From Halorubrum sp. (GTDB lineage Archaea; Halobacteriota; Halobacteria; Halobacteriales; Haloferacaceae), in contig PWGU01000212.1 of assembly GCA_003554605.1 (NCBI GenBank), forward strand, positions 2,773 to 66,772: a stretch of DNA of 64,000 nucleotides, given 5' to 3'. This document shows, piece after piece, positions 58,119 to 64,000 of this stretch. The notes under the pieces are model-generated. The model saw only the letters and a program-made list of their open reading frames with translations. It searched no databases and was not told the DNA's origin. A program made the position numbers and the translations under genes. The stretch's first letter is position 1. Every line of letters begins with the position of its first letter.

Positions 58119-58532
58119 GTGAGTGACGGCGATGAACCGGCGGGGTCGGCGGTCGAGTCCGCATTGAGTACGGACCGTGCACTCTCGTTGCTCTCGGACG
58201 CCCGCCGTCGGCAACTGCTGATCGTCCTGTTGGACCGAAAACCCGATGCCGAAATCGGCGTCGACTCCGAGACGCTCAAGCGGGTGCTTTGTCGAGCCCC
58301 GGGTGGCCAGCCGCTCTCCGGAGACACCGCTTACCGCATCATCATTTCGATGCATCACAACCACCTCCCGAGGTTGGTCGAGAGCGACGTGATCGAGTGG
58401 AACGAGTGGGAGGACACGGTCGAACCGGGTCCGGCATTCGACGTGATCGAGCCGTTCATCGAGCACCTCGACCGCAATCGCGAGGCCCTTCCGGAGGATT
58501 GGCGGGGTATTCCGGGGGTCGACGATGAGTGA
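58119..58532 (+). CDS. DUF7344-type HTH protein (soluble)
   Basis: LSDARRR...MHHNHLPRL...IEW...GPAF. Confidence 0.7.
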   Translation: MSDGDEPAGSAVESALSTDRALSLLSDARRRQLLIVLLDRKPDAEIGVDSETLKRVLCRAPGGQPLSGDTAYRIIISMHHNHLPRLVESDVIEWNEWEDTVEPGPAFDVIEPFIEHLDRNREALPEDWRGIPGVDDE

Positions 58533-59973
58533 CGAAGAGACCGCGGACCACATCGGTGCGTGGACAGACGACACGACGATTCCGTCCGGTGACACCTACC
58601 GTCTCTCCATCGTCGGAAGTGGCTACGTCGGCACGACGCTTGCGGCGGCGCTCGCCGCCGCAGGCCACGACGTGACAGCCATCGACGTGAACGAGCGGGT
58701 CGTCGACCGGATCAACGCCGGGGAGACGCCTATCGAGGAGCCGGGATTGCGGGAGCTCATCGGCGAGCACGGCGGTCGCGGACTGCAGGCGACCACCGAG
58801 TTCGACTCGGTCGACGACGCCGACCTCACCTTCCTCACCGTGGGGACGCCAGCACGGCCCGATGGCCACGTGGACACCTCGGCGCTCATCGCGGCGGCGA
58901 GGACGGTCGGCGACGCGATCGGATCCCCGGGGACGTCCCCGTCGATCAGTTCACGCCACGCCGTCATCGTCAAGAGCACCGTGACGCCGACGGCGCTCGG
59001 CGCGGTCCGACGGGCACTCCTCGAGTCCGCGCCCTCCGACACGGCGGTGTCGGTGGCGATGAACCCGGAATTTCTGCGTGAGGGGAGCGCGCTCGCCGAC
59101 CTGCGGTCACCGGACAAGCTCGTCTTCGGCGTCGAATCGGAATGGGTGGCCCGTCGGCTCGAAGCCGTATATCGAACCGTGGTTCGACCCCAGTCGGTCG
59201 ACGGCGACCGTGATGAAGCGCCAACGGTCGACACCTGTGAGCGCCAGCCCGCAATCGTCCGGACGGATCCGGAAACCGCAGCGATGATCAAATACGCCAA
59301 CAACGGGTTCCTCGCCGGAAAGATCTCGCTGGCGAACGACATCGGAAACGTCTGCAAGACGTTCGGCATCGACGCGTACGACGTGTTCGACGCCGTCGGA
59401 CTCGACGACCGTATCAGCGACCGGTTTCTGGAAACCGGGCTCGGATGGGGTGGAAGCTGCTTCGGGAAGGACGTCGACGCGCTCATGGCGGCCGCTCGCG
59501 CGGAGGGGTACGAGCCAAGCGCGCTCGACGCCGCCGTCACGGTGAACGAGACGCAACCGAGGCGGGCGCTCGAACTCGTGGACCGTCACGTCGACGTGAC
59601 CGGTGAACGAGTCGCACTACTCGGTCTCGCGTTCAAACCCGGGACGGACGACACGCGTCGGTCACAAGCGGTGCCGGTCGCCCGTGGACTCGAGGAGCGT
59701 GGAGCGACGGTCGTTGCGTACGACCCGGTTGCCGTCGACGACGCCCGCGAGCGACATCCCGAACTTCGGTTCGAGGAAGCCGCTTCTGCGGTGGAGGCGC
59801 TCGACGGCGCACGGGCAGCCGTCATCGCGACGGCCTGGGACGAGTTCGCCGCGCTCGACAGCGCGTTCACGACGATGGCCGACGACGGGGTCGTCGTCGA
59901 TACGCGACGGATCGTCGACCCGAGTCGCCTCGAGGCGGCCGGCGGGCCGACGTACGAAGGACTCACGTGGTGA
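58525..59973 (+). CDS. aglM: UDP-glucose 6-dehydrogenase (AglM-type)
   Basis: [41 protein letters not shown]. Confidence 0.85.
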   Translation: MSDEETADHIGAWTDDTTIPSGDTYRLSIVGSGYVGTTLAAALAAAGHDVTAIDVNERVVDRINAGETPIEEPGLRELIGEHGGRGLQATTEFDSVDDADLTFLTVGTPARPDGHVDTSALIAAARTVGDAIGSPGTSPSISSRHAVIVKSTVTPTALGAVRRALLESAPSDTAVSVAMNPEFLREGSALADLRSPDKLVFGVESEWVARRLEAVYRTVVRPQSVDGDRDEAPTVDTCERQPAIVRTDPETAAMIKYANNGFLAGKISLANDIGNVCKTFGIDAYDVFDAVGLDDRISDRFLETGLGWGGSCFGKDVDALMAAARAEGYEPSALDAAVTVNETQPRRALELVDRHVDVTGERVALLGLAFKPGTDDTRRSQAVPVARGLEERGATVVAYDPVAVDDARERHPELRFEEAASAVEALDGARAAVIATAWDEFAALDSAFTTMADDGVVVDTRRIVDPSRLEAAGGPTYEGLTW

Positions 59974-60002
59974 CAGCGACACGACGGGTCGGGGGAGGAG
60001 AC

Positions 60003-60049
60003 CGTCACCCGTCGGGGTTCCCGACACCGGTGTCGAAGGGCTGGTGACG
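60003..60049. terminator. possible stem-loop between convergent genes
   Basis: cgtcacc...ggtgacg arms enclosing palindrome cgacaccggtgtcg. Confidence 0.3.
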
Positions 60050-60094
60050 CTCGGTCGAGAGTGATTCGCGCGCTGAATCGGTCGATGTGGCTCT

Positions 60095-61609
60095 TTACTC
60101 GGCGAATCGTGTCGGTTGACGACGGTGGTCGGTCGCCTGCTCGAAGCCGAACGCCACCTCGAACAGGCGGGGCTCGCCGAACTCCCGCCCGAGCAGTTCG
60201 AGGCCGACTGGGAGCCCGTCGTCGGTGAACCCCGCCGGCACGACGACCGCAGGCAGACCCGTGTGGGCAGCCAGCGCGCAGTTCATCTCCTGGAACGGCT
60301 GGTTCGACGGAATCTCCACCGGCGGGACCCGCGATGGCGGATAAACGAGCGCGTCCAGGTCGTCGTCCGCCATTCGGGCAAGCGTCGTTTCCTTGATGCG
60401 GTCGCGCCGACGGAGGCGACGCAGGTACCCCGTGTTGGAGTCCAACCCGTCCGGGTCGACGTCGAGGATCGACGTCGGTTCGAACCGTTCTTGCACCGAC
60501 GGATGAAGCACGTCCGCGGCCACGAGGTCGCCGAGCGAGTCGACGGGTGCCGCGTCGCCGAGCGCCTCGAGATATGCATCGAACTCACGGGCGAACTCGT
60601 ATTCGAGCGTCCGAGCGCTCTCGAGGAACGACAGGTCGACGACCTCGTCCACGTCGACGACCGTGGCACCCGCCGCCTCCATCTCCGCGAGAGCCCCCTC
60701 GATCACGTTCGTTACGGTCGCCGCCGCGCTCGCCGGTGCGCTACCGCCATCCCGAAGCCCGAAGAACTGCCGAGCGACGCCGATCCGAGCACCGTCGAGG
60801 CCGTCCGGATCGAGGTGGGCCGTGTAACCCTCGTCTGGAATTCGGCCGTCGCCGAGCGCGGTGATCGGATCCGTGGGATCGTAGCCGGCCATCGCCTCCA
60901 GCATCCGCGCGGCGTCCTCGACGGTTCGAGTGATCGGGCTGGCCGTGTCCTGCGTTGCCGTCAGGGGGATGATACCCGTGCGACTGACGAGCCCCATCGT
61001 CGGGCGAACCCCCACGACGTCGTTGAATGCCGGTGGCGATCGAACGGACGAACAGGTGTCGCTGCCGGTCCCCACAGCGCCGAAATTGGCCGCGATGGCC
61101 GCGGCCGTACCCCCGCTGGAACCCGACGGTCGCCGATCGAGGTCGTAGGCGTTGCGCGTTGGCCCGCCCAGCGAGCTGACCGTGTCGACGCCGAACGAAA
61201 GCTCCTGCAGGTTCGCCTTCGCGAGAACGATCGCCCCCGCCTCCCGCAAACGCTTGATCACGGACGCGTCACGCGGCGGCACGGACTCGGCGAAAGCGAC
61301 CGACCCCGCCGTCGTCGGCATATCGTGAGTGTCCTGATTGTCCTTGACGATGATCGGGACGCCGTGCAGCGGGCCCACGAAACCGTCGTCCGAAAACGTC
61401 ACATCGAGGCGGCGTGCGCGCTCGCGGGCGTTCCCGTTCACGGTGAGGATCGCGTTCAGATCGTCGTCGTGCGCGTCGATGCGGGCCAGATAGCGATCGA
61501 CGAGTGATTCGGCGGTGACGGTGCCGTTCGAGAAACCGTCGTGGATGTCGGCGATGGTCGCCTCGGCAAGCGAAAACGAGTCGGCAGGCGGAGCGGTCAT
61601 GGCGGTCAT
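60095..61609 (-). CDS. amidase signature family protein
   Basis: KDN, GSSGG, GSDTCSSVRSP (Ser-cisSer-Lys triad). Confidence 0.9.
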   Translation of the reverse strand: MTAMTAPPADSFSLAEATIADIHDGFSNGTVTAESLVDRYLARIDAHDDDLNAILTVNGNARERARRLDVTFSDDGFVGPLHGVPIIVKDNQDTHDMPTTAGSVAFAESVPPRDASVIKRLREAGAIVLAKANLQELSFGVDTVSSLGGPTRNAYDLDRRPSGSSGGTAAAIAANFGAVGTGSDTCSSVRSPPAFNDVVGVRPTMGLVSRTGIIPLTATQDTASPITRTVEDAARMLEAMAGYDPTDPITALGDGRIPDEGYTAHLDPDGLDGARIGVARQFFGLRDGGSAPASAAATVTNVIEGALAEMEAAGATVVDVDEVVDLSFLESARTLEYEFAREFDAYLEALGDAAPVDSLGDLVAADVLHPSVQERFEPTSILDVDPDGLDSNTGYLRRLRRRDRIKETTLARMADDDLDALVYPPSRVPPVEIPSNQPFQEMNCALAAHTGLPAVVVPAGFTDDGLPVGLELLGREFGEPRLFEVAFGFEQATDHRRQPTRFAE

Positions 61610-61748
61610 TGTCGTGAGTGACAGATAGCTGTTTGGCCGATTTGGGACGGGGGTCGTCACGGGAGGTGAGTTCGAGACTTCCCGAAGCGATGATCGGCCC
61701 TCACCCGGGGAGATCCTTATACACATCAGCACCGATTGGTCAACAGTT

Positions 61749-62027
61749 ATGAGCGATGAAACGTTCACGGAGCCAGCAGAGACCTCCGAGAACTGGGTCG
61801 ATGTGCGAATGATCGACCCGGAGACGGGAGAGTGGGATATCGATATCGTCGTCGTCGACGGCCGGGTCGATTACGTCGATTTGCGTATCCAACGGGACTG
61901 CCTGAGTAGCTTTGTCGAATGTCTCGTCGACGATGTCGGCAACGACCGTGCCGGTCAAATGCTGGCGGAGATCGCCGAGCGAAAGGGGATCGACATCCCC
62001 GAACGATCCGAAACCGATCGAACCTGA
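61749..62027 (+). CDS. acidic hypothetical protein
   Basis: 92 aa with halophilic composition, divergent from the amidase. Confidence 0.6.
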   Translation: MSDETFTEPAETSENWVDVRMIDPETGEWDIDIVVVDGRVDYVDLRIQRDCLSSFVECLVDDVGNDRAGQMLAEIAERKGIDIPERSETDRT

Positions 62028-62156
62028 ACATGAGTCATGTCGTGTCGGTACCGACCGTGTGAGTTCGAAGAACAGAGATTCTAATCCTAACCCACTACAA
62101 TTATCAAAATACGCAAAAAATACACCTTAATAAGGAACATTCCAGAACCGACACTC

Positions 62157-62609
62157 GTGGTAGCTTGGGCAATCTACGCAGGTGAGCATCGAGAAGCGTA
62201 CTGCTCCAAAGAAACAAAGGGCGATATTAAAAGGGTCCTCGGAGACACAATCGCTCTGTGGACACGTGATATGACTGATCTCAATGAATGGGATGATGCT
62301 GAAAAAATGGCGGCAATAGCGTTCTACTATACTGATCTCAGAGAACGAGATATTCGAGGTATCTTTCAGGAGTCCGGAGAGGGTAGATATCCCGGAGAAC
62401 CCCCGTGGGAGCTCCACCATCCCAAAGAGACTGGCCAAGTGCTGAAAGTCCAGAGAGAATAATTCACCTACGCGGGACATTGGGACGAAGAGAGCACCGC
62501 GATCGTTCACCCTGTATTCAGCACGAACTGGGCGAATTCCCGAGATGCTGTCAGTAATTTTGTGCGAGATACAGAAGAATATTCAACACGCAGTTCGTAT
62601 CAGTTGTGA
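62157..62609 (+). pseudogene. gene fragment in a low-GC patch, with in-frame stop
   Basis: Frame continues 48 codons beyond TAA 62460-62462 to TGA 62609; region visibly AT-richer. Confidence 0.4.
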
Positions 62610-62700
62610 AGGATTTCAACAGAACCATGTCGTTGTGTTGTAAGGGAGGCGAAGGTCGGTCAGGTCCTCGACTGTCACTTTCCAATATAGTACTGAAAAT

Positions 62701-63300
62701 TTATACGTTACCCGAGCAGCTACACCCGCCCGTCCGAAGCAGCTCCCCCACGGGCCGGTCAGCGCCGCACGACGGACACACCGTCCGCACGTCGACGAGC
62801 ACGTCGTAGTCGCCGCGGTCGAGTTCGTCGCCGGCGGCCAGCGACTCGACGGCGGATTCCGTGACCGCCGTCACGCGACCCTGCAGTTTCTCGATCGTCT
62901 CGACCTTCCGTTCGACGCGGCTCCGCTCGTCCTCCGGGAGACTCGCCTCACGATGCTTGGTGAGATAGGTGTGGACGGCTTGGTGGGTGACGAAGTCGCG
63001 CTCAAGCGTGTCCACGTCGATACCCTCACGCTCCAAGCGTCGGCTAGCGCGCGTCGCATCCGGTCCCGAACCGGACGACAGCATCTCGTACGTCCCCGAC
63101 ACCTCGAACTCCAACGGAGATCCGCCGGCTTCCCGAATCGCCGCCTCCAACACCGCTTCGTTGAACACGTCAGCGAGATCACGGAGGCTGGTACGCTCGC
63201 CGGGCTCGGCCGTCCAGAGCGCCTCCAACCGGTCGCCGAGCCCCTCCAGATCGTACTCGTCGATGACACGCGCCACCTTCGTTCGACGGCCTCCGGGCAT
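62701..63300 (-). CDS. rdfA: rod-determining factor RdfA-like protein
   Basis: KVARVIDEYDL, SLRDLAD.FN, DFVTHQAVHTYL, C-terminal CPSC...GGCSC; downstream of Sph-like gene. Confidence 0.8.
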   Translation of the reverse strand: MPGGRRTKVARVIDEYDLEGLGDRLEALWTAEPGERTSLRDLADVFNEAVLEAAIREAGGSPLEFEVSGTYEMLSSGSGPDATRASRRLEREGIDVDTLERDFVTHQAVHTYLTKHREASLPEDERSRVERKVETIEKLQGRVTAVTESAVESLAAGDELDRGDYDVLVDVRTVCPSCGADRPVGELLRTGGCSCSGNV

Positions 63301-63390
63301 ACATCACGCTACGTTCGAGTCATTACAAAATTAACGGTGTAACACCGAGGGTATCGAAAGACGACCGTCACGGGGGGTGTCGATACAGCG

Positions 63391-64000
63391 TCAATCGATC
63401 TGCTGGACGTAGCTGTAGTCCTCAGAGAGGGCTGCAGCGTCCTCCGGCAGGAGCGCAGCGACGAGGAAGTCGACGTGCTCCTGGAAGTAGTCGACCACTC
63501 TGGCGATGCGGTCGGAGTCGATGGCCTCCAGCGAGTCCAACACGATGAACGGGACGGTGTCCGCCACGTCGTGAACGAGGTAGCCGGCGAGCGCGAACAC
63601 GAGCCCGGTCACCTCGCGTTCGCTCTCGGAGAGGTGGTCGACCGTGTCCTCGTATGCGGTCCCGTCCGCAGCCGACCGCACGATGTGGACGTCGAAGCGA
63701 GTGCGTGTCACCTTTCGGCGACCCTCACGCACTCGTGCCTCGCGGCGCTCGATCCAGATCCGGTCGAGGTTCTCGTACTCGAGGATCTCCAGGACCGTGT
63801 TCATGTGGTCGTTGAAGGCCTCAACGGCTTCCTGCTCGATTCGGTCGACGCGAGTCCGGAGTTCCGTGAGCCGGTCGGCGAGCGCCTCGCGCTCCTCACG
63901 GATGACCTCCCGCTCCTCGATGCGCTCCTCGTATCCCTCGATCTCCGCGTTCACGTCCGCGAGGTCGGATTCCAGACGCTCGATCCGGAGTTCGATCCCG
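63391..64000 (-). CDS. 3' part of archaea-specific SMC-like protein (Sph3-like)
   Basis: Coiled coil, HLSESEREV signature, VLDSLEAID Walker-B, VAALLPED. Confidence 0.85.
   Translation of the reverse strand, partial: GIELRIERLESDLADVNAEIEGYEERIEEREVIREEREALADRLTELRTRVDRIEQEAVEAFNDHMNTVLEILEYENLDRIWIERREARVREGRRKVTRTRFDVHIVRSAADGTAYEDTVDHLSESEREVTGLVFALAGYLVHDVADTVPFIVLDSLEAIDSDRIARVVDYFQEHVDFLVAALLPEDAAALSEDYSYVQQID

Noticed and set aside
60095-61609. Amidase as GatA
   Set aside because: No adjacent gatC/gatB and no GatA-specific features recognised; left as a generic amidase
63323-63328. TTACAA as a cluster-motif copy for rdfA
   Set aside because: Wrong orientation and no GTA-like triplet at the 9-nt spacing
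1-64000. rRNA, tRNA, integrase or defence systems
   Set aside because: No recognisable signatures found by eye; a covariance-model search would be needed to exclude small RNAs in the longer intergenic regions

Overview
GC-rich haloarchaeal DNA (acidic proteins, Tat signals, PGF-CTERM, HalOD1, rdfA/sph3). About 60 kb of the window is one large surface-glycan/exopolysaccharide locus. It has nucleotide-sugar supply genes (glmS, glmM-like, aglF, aglM, galE-like, a WbpA/WecC-like dehydrogenase, two DegT+Gfo/Idh/MocA pairs, two hexapeptide acyltransferases), GT2/GT4 glycosyltransferases, a flippase and a candidate polymerase. Decorating enzymes include two FemAB-like GNATs, two ATP-grasp ligases, two deacetylases, two alkaline-phosphatase-superfamily proteins and a methyltransferase-kinase fusion. 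Tat-secreted and PGF-CTERM proteins and many small regulators are interspersed. The most striking unannotated signal is a bipartite motif, (G/A)(T/A)A-N9-TAACAA (variants TTACAA, TAC(C/T)(A/T)(A/T)). It lies in sense orientation upstream of about 25 transcription units, often 25-30 nt before the start codon, suggesting an alternative core promoter or regulon. An internally deleted IS200/IS605 (tnpB) element sits inside one copy, and removing it in silico restores a perfect GTA-N9-TAACAA. No rRNA, tRNA or CRISPR array was seen. All family assignments come from recognising motifs by eye; no database searches were run.
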